A DNA stretch of 64,000 nucleotides from a bacterium (GCA_965205865.1 CBDBHR010000028.1:128001-192000); one strand, 5' to 3'; counted from the first letter of the stretch, positions 10,168-21,032 are shown. The notes: generated from the sequence alone by a model not told the origin. Numbers and translations: made by a program.

Positions 10168-11535
10168 ATGTCTGCGGCATTGAAAAAAAATTCGACGGTG
10201 ATGCCTGTCCGTAAAAGAGAAATCTTCGGCTGGGCCATGTATGATTTTGCCAACTCGAGTTACACGACTGTAGTCATCACAGTCGTTTATTCAGTCTTTT
10301 TTGTGGAACACATTGTCCCCGCATCTTCCCCGGCACGGGATTCATTCTGGTCGCTTGCCATCATCCTGTCCACTCTGATTGCCCTTGTCTTGTCTCCTAT
10401 TGTCGGGGTTTTATGCGATTTTAGCGGACACAAGAAACGCTATTTGCTGGCAACGACAATTCTCTGTTCCCTGGCGACCATGAGCATTTTCTGGGTCGGA
10501 CCTGGCATGATTGCTCTGGGAATCACCTTGCTGGTGGTCAGCAATACGGCATTCATGCTCAGCGAAATATTCTGCGCCAGTTTTCTGCCGGAGCTTGCCA
10601 ATAAAAAAAATATGGCCATGATTTCAGGGATTGGCTGGGGGATTGGATACATGGGGGGGCTGGCCAGTTTGATTCTGGTACTGCAAATCATTCAAGATGT
10701 TGACCCTGCCAATGACTATGCGGGGTTTGTTGAGAGAAATCAATGGGCGATGGTGGCAATTGGGATCTTTTTTTTCATAGCAGCCATCCCCACCTTCCTG
10801 CTGGTGCGCGAACGATCTAGGCCGGCAGCTGGTTTTGAGATCTTTGACGGGAAAAAATTACTCATTGCCGGAATCAAAAGCTTTCAATCTTCCCTGACCT
10901 TGGTACGTCAATATCCGATCCTCTTTCAATTCTTGGCCGCATTCATGGTCTACATGGCGGGTATTGAAGTGGTTATAAAATTCGTGGGCATTTATGCAAC
11001 TGCAGAATTGAAGTTCAAAACTGCAGAATTAACGGTGATGTTTCTTATTCTGCAGTTCAGCGCCATGGGAGGGGCTTTAGGATTTGGCTGGCTGGAATCA
11101 AGAATTGGTCCCAAGAAAACGGTACTTTGGACATTGGTTTTGTGGGTTGCCGGAGTTTTGGGAATCTTTTTTCTGGATTCGATTGCCTCAGCGTTCACCC
11201 AATCGCCCAAAAATATTTTCTTTGCCATTTCTCTCATCGCCGGTGCTGGAATCGGAGCGACACAGAGTTCCAGCCGAGCCGTCGTGGGGATGTTGACACC
11301 TTCCAATCGTTCTGGGCAAATGTTCGGTTTTTGGGGTTTTTTCCTCAAACTGGCGACCATATTAGGGATGAGCTTCGGGTTTGTTTCCGATGCGCTGGAT
11401 TCCAGACGAATGGCATTGCTATTGATAATTGGTTTCTTCATCGTCGGCGGTTACATGCTTATGCGGATTCCTCTGGCACAAGGTATCACAGACTCCGTTG
11501 CCAACCAAGAAGGTCTCGAATCTGAAGAAAAATGA
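10168..11535 (+). CDS. MFS transporter (UMF1/ATG22-like)
   Basis: WAMYDFANSSY signature and about 12 hydrophobic segments; start codon approximate. Confidence 0.85.
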   Translation: MSAALKKNSTVMPVRKREIFGWAMYDFANSSYTTVVITVVYSVFFVEHIVPASSPARDSFWSLAIILSTLIALVLSPIVGVLCDFSGHKKRYLLATTILCSLATMSIFWVGPGMIALGITLLVVSNTAFMLSEIFCASFLPELANKKNMAMISGIGWGIGYMGGLASLILVLQIIQDVDPANDYAGFVERNQWAMVAIGIFFFIAAIPTFLLVRERSRPAAGFEIFDGKKLLIAGIKSFQSSLTLVRQYPILFQFLAAFMVYMAGIEVVIKFVGIYATAELKFKTAELTVMFLILQFSAMGGALGFGWLESRIGPKKTVLWTLVLWVAGVLGIFFLDSIASAFTQSPKNIFFAISLIAGAGIGATQSSSRAVVGMLTPSNRSGQMFGFWGFFLKLATILGMSFGFVSDALDSRRMALLLIIGFFIVGGYMLMRIPLAQGITDSVANQEGLESEEK

Positions 11536-11556
11536 ATCCAATTAGCCCGAATCATC

Positions 11557-12606
11557 ATGAAAGACACGCCTGAAATCACTGGAGTGCGCAGCGCTCATCG
11601 TATTGATGAGTCCAGCCTACAGACATATCTGAGTCGGCATTTGCCCGATTTCTCCGGAACTTTACAAGTGCGTCAGTTTGAAGGAGGACAATCCAATCCG
11701 ACATACTATCTATCGGCTGGTAGTAAGCGGTATGTGATGCGCAAAAAGCCTCCAGGAGAAATTTTACGGTCTGCCCATCAAGTTGATCGTGAATACAGGG
11801 TGATGTCAGCGCTGTCTGACACCGACGTCGTTGTGCCAGAGATGTACCTCTTCTGCGAAGACCCGGCGGTCGTTGGTACCGAATTTTTTATTATGGAAAT
11901 GATTGATGGACGAGTGATAACCGATGTGAGCTTGCCGAATTTTACACCCGTAGAACGACGGGCTCTTTATAATCAATTTATAGAACTACTGGTGACACTG
12001 CATCAAGTGGATTACAAGACCGTTGGACTTGAAGCAGGGTTTGGGCGGCCTGGTAATTATTTTTCCCGTCAAATTTCCCGTTGGTCCAAGCAATATGATG
12101 CTTCCAAAACAGAGGAACTGGAAACGATGGAACGTTTGATGCGGTGGCTTCCGGAAAATATCCCATCGGGGGACGAAACTGTGATCGTCCATGGTGATTA
12201 CCGTATCGGGAATTGCATCATCCATCCTACCAAACCTCGCATCGTGGCATTGCTGGACTGGGAGTTGTCAACATTGGGACATCCCATGGGAGATCTCGCA
12301 TACGCATGCATGAGTTATTACAGTGGTACCACAGCAGGCGACCTCACTCCGAAAAAACTCTTTGGATCAGGAATTCCAAATGAAAAGGAATTCGTAGCAC
12401 GTTATTGCGCACTCAGTGGACGGGATTCGATTGAAAATTGGATCTTTTACGTGGTCTACAATTTGTTTCGCTCGGCTGCGATTGTTCAAGGTGTCTACAA
12501 ACGAGGATTGGATGGCAACGCCAGTTCGGAATATGCCATCACCATGGGAGAAATTTGTAAAAACCAAGCCACTCGAGGATGGTCTCTGGTCGAAAAAAAC
12601 GGCTGA
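11557..12606 (+). CDS. APH-like phosphotransferase (ACAD10/11 N-terminal type)
   Basis: GGQSNPTY, SAHQVDRE, HGDYRIGN, LDWELSTLGHP. Confidence 0.9.
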   Translation: MKDTPEITGVRSAHRIDESSLQTYLSRHLPDFSGTLQVRQFEGGQSNPTYYLSAGSKRYVMRKKPPGEILRSAHQVDREYRVMSALSDTDVVVPEMYLFCEDPAVVGTEFFIMEMIDGRVITDVSLPNFTPVERRALYNQFIELLVTLHQVDYKTVGLEAGFGRPGNYFSRQISRWSKQYDASKTEELETMERLMRWLPENIPSGDETVIVHGDYRIGNCIIHPTKPRIVALLDWELSTLGHPMGDLAYACMSYYSGTTAGDLTPKKLFGSGIPNEKEFVARYCALSGRDSIENWIFYVVYNLFRSAAIVQGVYKRGLDGNASSEYAITMGEICKNQATRGWSLVEKNG

Positions 12607-12817
12607 AGGCGACCTGGGGAAAATATTATGGGCAGCAAAGGGGGTGATAGATGGATACAACGCATGTAACCGGAACGACCAGTCCCCAATCCGGAAAAGC
12701 CAAGGGAAGGACGATTTTTAATAGAGGATTATTAATCACTGCATTGTTCGCATCTATTATATCTTTAACATTTTAGTCGCGCATGACAACATCAATTCTT
12801 AAATAAGGAGCATTTCC

Positions 12818-13800
12818 ATGACGGACACTACCTTGGACGGCCGAGACGATAAAAGTAAATGGCAACCTGAACCTCTCAAAGAGGACGGAATTTATTTCTG
12901 GCCTATTCGGCTCCGCACATCTCTTCAATGGCTGAAAGGCTATTTCTTCAGTCCTATCTCCCTCTTCCACACGGCTCTTCCGCTCCTGACTTGGTTTTAT
13001 CTGACGCCTGATCTGGCGAGCATGAAGACCTTTGAACTCGACTGGATTGTGATAATCTTTATACGAAACGTGCTTCTTCTTACCCTGCTCAACTCGATCA
13101 TACACTATCGACTTTACGTCCGGAAGGCGCAGGGGACCCAATACAAGTACAATCCGAAATGGCCCGAGCGCAATCAAGCTGGCTTTCTCTTTCGCTACCA
13201 GACTGGGACAATATGTTTTGGGGCATAGTCAGTGGCTGCTCTATCTGGACAGGCTATGAGGTGGTGAGCTACTGGATGTTCGCCAACGGCTATATGCTTT
13301 TCCCTGTGGAATGGTTCGATTCTCCAATCTATTTCGTGTTACTCTACCTCGCGATCCCACATTTACGTGCTCATCACTTCTATTTCACCCACAGACTGAC
13401 ACATTGGAAACCGTTGTACAAAGCCGCGCACTATCTGCATCACAAGAATACCAACACGGGTCCCTGGTCGGGACTCTCGATGCACCCCATTGAACACTTG
13501 ATCTACTTTTCCGGGGCAATACTGCACTGGATCATCCCCTCACATCCTTTGCACGTACTTTCCCATCTGCAACATACAGGTATGGCACCCGTGTGGGGAC
13601 ACAGCGGGTTTGAAAAGCTCATTCTCAAAAAGACCGAAATCAAATTATCAGATAATTTTCACGACCTGCACCATCGCTACTTCGAATGCAACTATGGGGG
13701 GCCTGAGACGCCCTGGGATCGGTGGTTCGGCAACTACCACGATGGAACGGAAGAAGCCCACAAGCTCATGAAGGATCGTTTGAAAATGATGCGCAGTTGA
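12818..13800 (+). pseudogene. Sterol desaturase / fatty-acid hydroxylase family gene, split by a -1 frameshift near 13204
   Basis: Two overlapping ORFs join as ..YQT|WDNMFW..; His boxes HHFYFTHRLTH, HYLHH, FHDLHH; could be a sequencing indel. Confidence 0.75.
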
Positions 13801-13832
13801 CGCAAGAGAATTTGGTCCTTTCTTCACGACTA

Positions 13833-14612
13833 TCAATCTTTGTTCAAGCGCTTACTTGAAGTGTGCTCATAAATATAGAATCGGGAGCCCCAACAATCAA
13901 AGGTTTGTAGTGGTTTAAACAAACCTCTCGCTGTAATGAAATTCGTATAATCGGTAGTATGGCTATGATAAATCAGCCATGCTTTTCTGGGGAACGTCTT
14001 TAATGACAAATGGATCCGATCCAGGCACCAGCTTAAGATATATTCATCAAATGGGTGAAAAAAATAAAAAAAATTGTCTTCATTTTGCACTTCATAATTG
14101 ACAACATCGGTATGAATCAACTCGAAGTTTACTTTTCCGTTTCTTTTTACGTAGTCTTGTATATTACCGAGTGCTATTTTATACAGTGTTAGGCTGAACT
14201 CCAATCCTTTGATTCTATCAATTCCGCATTCAGCAGACATGATCATCACTCTTCCTTGCCCCGCCCCATAATCTACCAGTACGATGAAATCTGTCGAGAG
14301 GTTCAGTGTTTTGATCATTTTTTTAAATGGGACAATTGGAGTTGCGCAATAGAAAGTGGCATGTTTTTTATTGATCAGATGATCTTCAATATGCTTAGAG
14401 TTCAATAGAAACTCATCTGTTTTTCGATACGCTCCAAACCAAATCCACTCTCTTAAGTAGTTTAATAAAAAAAGACAGTTGGAGTAAGTACTTCTACTAA
14501 AAATAGAGTGAACGGCTGCTCTCAGCACTTTACCTGGAATAGAAATTTCTCTAACTCTAGTTCTGATTTGCTGGTTCATTCTATATTTGAATCTGGTGTT
14601 AAATTCTTCCAA
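13833..14612 (-). CDS. Class I SAM-dependent methyltransferase (AT-rich, start uncertain)
   Basis: LVDYGAGQGRV motif I, GLEFS, YFFHPF. Confidence 0.7.
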   Translation of the reverse strand: MEEFNTRFKYRMNQQIRTRVREISIPGKVLRAAVHSIFSRSTYSNCLFLLNYLREWIWFGAYRKTDEFLLNSKHIEDHLINKKHATFYCATPIVPFKKMIKTLNLSTDFIVLVDYGAGQGRVMIMSAECGIDRIKGLEFSLTLYKIALGNIQDYVKRNGKVNFELIHTDVVNYEVQNEDNFFYFFHPFDEYILSWCLDRIHLSLKTFPRKAWLIYHSHTTDYTNFITARGLFKPLQTFDCWGSRFYIYEHTSSKRLNKD

Positions 14613-14708
14613 CTAATTCGAGGACGCACTCCGTGAACCTTCCCCGAGTATGGACTTTCAGTCCACGGAAAAATCGTACTAATGTTCAGTTATTATAATT
14701 CGTATTCA

Positions 14709-15174
14709 CTACTCTAACAACGGATTCACTCGCCTGACATTTACTCCATAATCATAGTCCGGATATCTCCCTGTCATTCCGGATAGAATCAAGCCAACCA
14801 TGCCAATCAAAATGAGACACAGACAAAAAAGGTTGGTCACTGCATCTACTCCTTACCTATGAGAACGCCACCGACTAATTATCATTGAAGATGAAAAAAT
14901 AGTGACTGCAAAACTTTATTTTTGATGTGTTTCAATCACGTCGCGCAAAGCAGTGGTTTAATAGACAAAATGGGAATTCACTCCTGCGATACTCGCCACA
15001 TAGGTTTTTAATGTTCCAACCCACAACAAAATCCAGGAAGCGAGTTGCGAATTGGCACCGAGTTTGATGCCAGTGACCAAGCTCAGTCCGACGCTAACCA
15101 CCAAGAGAACAATCGGAAAATGAACGGTGATAGGGTGTAGATCTTCAATTTTGTGGGATCGATATTTGCAACAT
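14709..15174 (-). pseudogene. Degraded DUF2231-type membrane protein gene
   Basis: Manual translation gives LHPITVHFPIVLL...IETHQ...GMTGRYPDYDYGVNV with in-frame stops and frameshifts; not in ORF track. Confidence 0.65.
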
Positions 15175-15275
15175 TTCTCCCTCCTTTACTCAGTGTTTTT
15201 TTCACATATTCGAAACGCATTATCTTATAAGGAGGCGAATAAATCTATTCAAAAAAGGGCACCTTTCATTTTCCA

Positions 15276-15381
15276 GTTTACAGTTCCTCTGTCATCCTCG
15301 CGAAGGCGGGGATCCATCTTCGTGACTACCACTAGATTCCTGCCCGCGCAGGAATGACAACAAAGGCGGCAAACTGTAAAC
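15276..15381. repeat. REP/RPE-like palindromic element
   Basis: GTCATCCTCGCGAAGGCGGGGATCCA...TAGATTCCTGCCCGCGCAGGAATGAC (15291-15358) inside outer inverted repeat GTTTACAGTT / AACTGTAAAC. Confidence 0.75.
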
Positions 15382-15557
15382 CACTTTTTTCTATTTTTAA
15401 AGAGTCCCCAAAAAAGTAATATTTCGTAACATAGCTTTGAAAAATTTTTCCTTCATCTCTGCAAATGTGATACGCTAAAAATCCAGTGAAAATCACGCAT
15501 TGGAACACTATGGAAGTTTTTCTGTAGTGTCAACCTTTAATTAAAGGAAAGGGAATC

Positions 15558-16172
15558 ATGGTTTTGAGAATCTTTTTACTGGCAGTGGCATTTTCCTTGA
15601 TGGTTTCTTATGCAGGAGCCCAGGGGAAAATTCGGGGAACCTACGAAGTTTTGGGCAAACTTCCCCCTAAAAATAGTTTGGACAAAGTCGTTTTTGAGGA
15701 ATTTATCAATTTTGCCTGTCCCCACTGCAACAATTTTCGCTTACTTTCCAGGGAAATGAAAGAAAGGTACAAAGACCTTGTGGAGTTTGTCGATGTGCCG
15801 ATTTTGTTCCGGGGGCAGGACGATGCGCCATTGCGCTTGTATTATGTCGCCAAGTCTATGGGAAGGGCAGAGGAGGTGAGAAATGCAATTTTTGAGGCAC
15901 GCTTTAAATATGGCGTGAATGTATTTGATCCGGGAGTCATCAATTATCTGGCACGATCCCTTGGGCTGGGAGATGCCTATAAGCATGGTGCGCAAAAAGC
16001 AGAAATCACCCAAGCGATCGTGGAGGGAGAACAAAAATCGAGACTCTACAATATCACCGCCACACCTACCATTGTGCTTGCAAGAACTTTGAAATTGAGG
16101 GTCGGCAAAAGCATGGAATTCTTTGTAGATAGTCTACCCGATACCCTGGACGATCTCTTAAAACAAAATTGA
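15558..16172 (+). CDS. DsbA-family thiol:disulfide oxidoreductase
   Basis: Signal peptide, CPHC active site, ATPT cis-Pro loop. Confidence 0.85.
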   Translation: MVLRIFLLAVAFSLMVSYAGAQGKIRGTYEVLGKLPPKNSLDKVVFEEFINFACPHCNNFRLLSREMKERYKDLVEFVDVPILFRGQDDAPLRLYYVAKSMGRAEEVRNAIFEARFKYGVNVFDPGVINYLARSLGLGDAYKHGAQKAEITQAIVEGEQKSRLYNITATPTIVLARTLKLRVGKSMEFFVDSLPDTLDDLLKQN

Positions 16173-16239
16173 AGGTTAAAAATCCGCTCCCTCAATTAAA
16201 AAAAGGAAACCAGGTAGATTTGAAGTTCTTTGGCAATCA

Positions 16240-17148
16240 TTACAGGGAATCAAAAAAATCGCGCTCGCTGCTCATCAACAATGTGGTGCCTTGTTTGAGT
16301 GTCAGGCGATAGGCGTCGTGGGAGCGCTGGAATCTGAAGAATTCCGGATCTTTTCCATACGCATCCGCATAGGTGCTCAATGCAGTCGCATCGGCAACAC
16401 CTCGGATTTTTTCGGCCTCTTTTTCTGCCTCGGCCAGTAACTTCACCCGGTCCCGGTTCGCTTCGGAACGGATGGTAAGGGATTGTTCCTCTCCTTCAGA
16501 ACGATAACGTTTGGCGTCCCTTCGCCGTTCGGCTTCCATACGTCCGTATACTGCGCGACTATTCTCCGGTGGCAAATCAGCCCGTTTGATGCGTACATCG
16601 ACGATTTCGATACCAAACTCTTTGGCTTCTTCGCGGGCATTTCTGGTGATTTCGTTAAGGATACTGGTTCGCAGGTTGATAGCTTGTTCCAAATCCTTCA
16701 CCCCGCTTGTGGATCCGCCTTCATGGTCATCTCCGGAAACAATTTCTGTGAGTGTGTGCTTTCCCAGCACTTGACGCACCTGGGAATAGATAATGTCGTC
16801 CAGCCGGGCTTGGGCCCGAGTCGTGCTGCGCATGGTTCTGTAGAATTTCAAAGGATCCGTAACCTTCCACTTCGCGTAGTTGTCAACTACCATTTCTTTC
16901 TTGTCTTTGGTGAAAATAGAACCGGGATCCGCATCATAGGTTAGCTGGCGGTTGTCTACGGCAAAAATTCGTGTAATGAAAGGAATCCTGAATCGAATCC
17001 CCGGTTCGGTATAGATGGAAACCGGATCCCCCAAGCGAATTTTGATCGCATATTCCGTTTGATCAATTACAAATGCCGTGGCGGAGTAGACCACTACGAT
17101 AGCAATCACGGCGACAATTAAAATTTTAAATGCACTCAAACTTTTCAT
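16240..17148 (-). CDS. hflC: Protease modulator HflC (SPFH)
   Basis: N-terminal TM, TKDKK..VDNYAKW, DVRIKRADLP, RMEAER..A..YRSEG, DPEFF.F.RS. Confidence 0.9.
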   Translation of the reverse strand: MKSLSAFKILIVAVIAIVVVYSATAFVIDQTEYAIKIRLGDPVSIYTEPGIRFRIPFITRIFAVDNRQLTYDADPGSIFTKDKKEMVVDNYAKWKVTDPLKFYRTMRSTTRAQARLDDIIYSQVRQVLGKHTLTEIVSGDDHEGGSTSGVKDLEQAINLRTSILNEITRNAREEAKEFGIEIVDVRIKRADLPPENSRAVYGRMEAERRRDAKRYRSEGEEQSLTIRSEANRDRVKLLAEAEKEAEKIRGVADATALSTYADAYGKDPEFFRFQRSHDAYRLTLKQGTTLLMSSERDFFDSL

Positions 17149-17373
17149 GGTTACTTTCTTGAATATGGTGAGATGTTAAACAAAAACAGATGCCATAGTT
17201 TCCACAGGAGAGGCACCATTCTTATTCTTTCAGTGAAGAGAATGCAATAGCGCAATATAACACCATCCCTCTTTTTTATATACATGTTTTTACAAATTTT
17301 CTTGTCAGGACGCTTGACGACAAAAGTAGAATGATATCATGTCTGATTTTAATACCTCCCAAGCGTGGATAAA

Positions 17374-18543
17374 TTAGGGGACTCCCACTTTTTGCAGCCA
17401 CGCCTCCACAAATTCCGCTTTATACGGCATGTGAGCTTCTCCGCATTGGAAGCCCATCTGAATTTCCTTTTTTTCTTCCTCAACAAATTCTGAAATCGCG
17501 GAACGAAATCCGGAATGCATAATCCAATGGGCGCTGTAAGTGAATTCAGGTAAAAATCCGCGCTGCACTTTGTGCCCCCCTTGCGCTCCGGCTTCAAATA
17601 AAGCGATTTTATGGGCAATGGCATATTCTATCGTCTGGTAATAGCATAGTTCGAAATGGAGACTCCTGAACTCTTCCAAACAACCCCAATATCTCCCATA
17701 AAGGCCGTTGCCTTTGTGATAGTTTACGGTCCCTGCCACCCAACTTCCTTCTGAGCGGGCCAGAACCAACACTACTTGATCTTTCATATCGAAAAACACT
17801 CGTCGGAAAAAATCGGGAGAGAGGTAGTCTATGGCGCCACGTTTGTATATGGTGGACAAGTAAAATTCATACATTATACCACTGTGCTCTTCTTGTAGGG
17901 CATTGCCGGTGAGCACATGAATTTTGATTCCTTGCTCTCTGACCTGACGCCGTTCTCTGAGGATTTCTTTTCTTCGTTTTCCTTTTAATGTTCTAAGAAA
18001 ATTATCAAAATCCGCATAACCACGATTTCTCCAGTGATACTGGCTGCTATGACGAACAATGAAACCGTTTTTTTCAAAGATCGGCACTTCCGTTGCCGGG
18101 ATAAACAAAAAATGCAATGAGCTGCATTGCCACTCTTCTGTCAATTTCAAGACAGTTTTCAACAATATGGCTTGTACTTGACGAGAGTCGGCTTGCGGAT
18201 GGATGAGAATCTTATTCCCGGTTGCCGGCGTGAACGGAACTGCTGAAACGAGTTTGGGGTAATAGTCAATGCCGTGTTGCATGTAAGCATGAGCCCAGGA
18301 CCAGTCAAAAATGTACTCTCCATAACTGTCGCTTTTCAAATAAAGATAGATCGCTCCGATTAATTTTTGCGACTCCCAAAGAGTCAGATAACAAGGTATC
18401 CACCCCGTTCGCTTGCCCACGCATCCTCCCATTTCCATGGCGCACAAGTAATCGTATTCTGAAAATGGGAAATGATCGCCGATCAGCAAACTCCACTCTG
18501 ACTTGGGAATGTCTCTCAGAGTATTGAATATCTTTAATTCCAT
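17374..18543 (-). CDS. FemAB-like GNAT-fold protein (DUF482)
   Basis: SYGEYIFDWSWA, YYPKL..AVPFTP, LYGRYWG, LHFELCYY, EAGAQG.HK; start approximate. Confidence 0.9.
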   Translation of the reverse strand: MELKIFNTLRDIPKSEWSLLIGDHFPFSEYDYLCAMEMGGCVGKRTGWIPCYLTLWESQKLIGAIYLYLKSDSYGEYIFDWSWAHAYMQHGIDYYPKLVSAVPFTPATGNKILIHPQADSRQVQAILLKTVLKLTEEWQCSSLHFLFIPATEVPIFEKNGFIVRHSSQYHWRNRGYADFDNFLRTLKGKRRKEILRERRQVREQGIKIHVLTGNALQEEHSGIMYEFYLSTIYKRGAIDYLSPDFFRRVFFDMKDQVVLVLARSEGSWVAGTVNYHKGNGLYGRYWGCLEEFRSLHFELCYYQTIEYAIAHKIALFEAGAQGGHKVQRGFLPEFTYSAHWIMHSGFRSAISEFVEEEKKEIQMGFQCGEAHMPYKAEFVEAWLQKVGVP

Positions 18544-19209
18544 CATCCACGTTTTAGCTATCAAATCGCATCACGGTATCCACTATACGTGTACGCATTA
18601 ATTTGTTCCTGAGTTGAACGATTCACAGTAAAAAAGCTCTCAACCGTGGAAAAATTCGTTATATTTCAGTGAGTAACACTGATTTTACGACGAAATCCAA
18701 CACAACCGGACCGGTAGAGAGCTTTATGAAATGTGGAGCGTGATGTCGTTCCCTGTCCATCCCATGTAGCGGGCGGTTCTACTGACGTTTTGATAGTCCG
18801 AGACCGTGTGGATGTGACTCGCCACCGACGGAACGCTGTCGGCAGTCTCGTCCTGCGCCATCGCATGCGCTGTTGTCAAGACCATCATCGCCACAATGGT
18901 AGGCCGTAAGATCATTGGGGCGCGGAATCCATAAATCATAGAAAACCTTCTTTTCTCGCATAATAATAAACCAGAAAATAATAGCATCTGGAAATATGTA
19001 AGTAAAGCCTGGATTGAGCGATTGGTAGTGGCGTAAAACTAAATGACAGGGTATTCTTCGGTGGAGAAGACTGCCAACCTATCGACGTGGTTGAGGTGGA
19101 TGAGCTATGGTCCGTAAGTTGAATGGAGTGAGCATCTTGCGCGCAAAAAGGGGTCCGGACGGCCTCTCTACTTTATTTTTTGGGATTCTATAAATTTCAG
19201 GGCTGGTCG

Positions 19210-19842
19210 ATGAATGAACGTCGAAATAAAAAGGTGGAAGCTTATTACAGCAACAAAATCCCTTATGTTGAACTATTGATCGACAATGTGTGGGACCCTC
19301 ACAATGTGTCGGCTGTTGCCAGAACCGCTGATGGATTGGGCATTTCTGAGATCAACCTTTATTACACTTACAATGAATTTCCCAAATTACGCCAAGTGGG
19401 CAAAAAAACCAGTGCCAGCGCCAATCAATGGATGTATTTTAATAAAATTGAGGATCTTCCAAGTTTCGTAGCGCAAAAAAAATCCCTGGGTTTTGTTTTT
19501 CTGGGAGCAGGTCCGGGGAATTCTGCGAAGCAATTGCCACAATTCAAATTTCCCCAAAAATGTGTGATCCTATTGGGAGCGGAAAGTAGGGGAATGTCTC
19601 CCGAACTCGAGGCAATTTGTGATGAATTTATCTACGTCCCGATGGTGGGTATGGTTACCAGTTACAATATTTCTGTGGCAGCAGCCATCATCCTCTATGA
19701 AGTATTTCGGCAAAAGGGCCAATCATTGCGTTTGAAACCGGCAGAGGACTTTCAAAAGCACCATCATCACAATCACTCCCTTTCCCCACGTCAAGCGCAA
19801 AAAAGTGAAAAATGTGGAATAAAAAAACCCACCACTTACTAA
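19210..19842 (+). CDS. TrmH/SpoU-family RNA 2'-O-methyltransferase
   Basis: DPHNVSAVART, LGAESRG, PMVGMVTSYNISVA SPOUT motifs. Confidence 0.88.
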   Translation: MNERRNKKVEAYYSNKIPYVELLIDNVWDPHNVSAVARTADGLGISEINLYYTYNEFPKLRQVGKKTSASANQWMYFNKIEDLPSFVAQKKSLGFVFLGAGPGNSAKQLPQFKFPQKCVILLGAESRGMSPELEAICDEFIYVPMVGMVTSYNISVAAAIILYEVFRQKGQSLRLKPAEDFQKHHHHNHSLSPRQAQKSEKCGIKKPTTY

Positions 19843-19858
19843 CCAACACCGGATGGTT

Positions 19859-20236
19859 TCAGTCTGGAATACTTCTACATTTTGTGGAGGTTCCATTGAT
19901 GTCGTCTCTATTCAGGCGTTCACAACGTCGTTTTTTTCGTTTTTTTGATTGAGCAAATTCCAGCCCAAGCCCTCTGAGAATTCTTTGGGGGTCGGACAAA
20001 TTTCCAAAGACACTTTTCGTGGGTTCAGGCTCCACTTTCACGAGAGTGGGAGTGGCAATGATTCCTGCTTTAACCGCCTCCTCTGGGTTTATCAGCACAT
20101 TATGAATGATCAACTCATAGGGTGCAGCCAATTCACGAAGCGCCGTCTCGTTGAAACGACGTCGGGGTTGGTAGGGTTTGGGGATAATGCGATCCAATGG
20201 TAGCTGTAGCAGGACCTCTGGGAATTCTACTGGCAT
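19859..20236 (-). CDS. Chimeric ORF: ParB N-terminal segment fused to the C-terminal two-thirds of KaiB
   Basis: LPLDRIIPKPYQPRRRFNETALRELA (ParB box I) followed by PYEL..NVL.NPE.A....IIATPTLVKVEPEP....GNLSD...IL.GLGL (KaiB). Confidence 0.65.
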   Translation of the reverse strand: MPVEFPEVLLQLPLDRIIPKPYQPRRRFNETALRELAAPYELIIHNVLINPEEAVKAGIIATPTLVKVEPEPTKSVFGNLSDPQRILRGLGLEFAQSKKRKKRRCERLNRDDINGTSTKCRSIPD

Positions 20237-21018
20237 ACCGAACGTCCTTCAATTACTTTTTGTAAAAAAATAAAAAATTCTTTGTTGCTGCTCTTTTTTC
20301 CTTCGATCACCGAATCCACCCACTGCAAAACCCGGAAACCTTGTGCTTGAGAAACTTCTGTAATTTCTGCTTTCACCCGTTGATGAACAGCAGGACTTCT
20401 CACGCGTCCCCGCTTCTCCACTTCGCTTTTACCTGCTTCAAACTGAGGTTTGACCAAGGCGATAACATGGCCTCCGGATTTTAAAAAACGTGACGTATGC
20501 GGAAAAATCTTCTTGAGAGAAATGAATGAGGCATCGATCACAACCAAATCTACCAGCACTCCAATTTGTCGAAATTCCAAAGTACGAATATTGGTACGCT
20601 CGAGGCAAGTCACCCGACGATCCTGCCGTAGCTCCCAGGCAAGCTGGCCATATCCCACATCTACGGCATATACGTGGCTCGCGCCTTGGAGCAGCAGGCA
20701 GTGTGTGAATCCCCCCGTTGACGCTCCAATATCCATTGCCGTCAGAGCTTGGGGGGAAAATTGAAAACACTGCAAAGCCGCTTCGAGTTTCAAACCACCC
20801 CGGCTCACGTATGGGTGGTCTTTCTCGGTGATGTGGACTTCCGCGTGGGTTGGGATCAGTTTTCCGGATTTCTCGACACGCTCGTGATTGACGTAGACTT
20901 TACCTACCTGTATCAAGGCTTGCGCTTTTTCGCGGGAAGCCACCAGTTGCCGTTCCACTAAAAGTACGTCGATTCGTTTCTTCAGAGATTTGTTTTCCAC
21001 CCTCCTGTTTCGAAGCAA
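20227..21018 (-). CDS. tlyA: TlyA-family rRNA 2'-O-methyltransferase
   Basis: S4 domain, YVSRGGLKL, DIGASTGGFT, DVGYGQL, LVKPQFE. Confidence 0.93.
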   Translation of the reverse strand: MLRNRRVENKSLKKRIDVLLVERQLVASREKAQALIQVGKVYVNHERVEKSGKLIPTHAEVHITEKDHPYVSRGGLKLEAALQCFQFSPQALTAMDIGASTGGFTHCLLLQGASHVYAVDVGYGQLAWELRQDRRVTCLERTNIRTLEFRQIGVLVDLVVIDASFISLKKIFPHTSRFLKSGGHVIALVKPQFEAGKSEVEKRGRVRSPAVHQRVKAEITEVSQAQGFRVLQWVDSVIEGKKSSNKEFFIFLQKVIEGRSVCQ

Positions 21019-21032
21019 TTCGTGAGTAACCG

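Noticed and set aside
16240-17148. hflC without adjacent hflK
   Set aside because: hflK may lie elsewhere in the genome; cannot be judged from this window
18666-19160. Short ORF with a signal-peptide-like start (18724..18987) and adjacent intergenic DNA as a possible ncRNA
   Set aside because: No recognisable family or stable structure; probably a gene remnant
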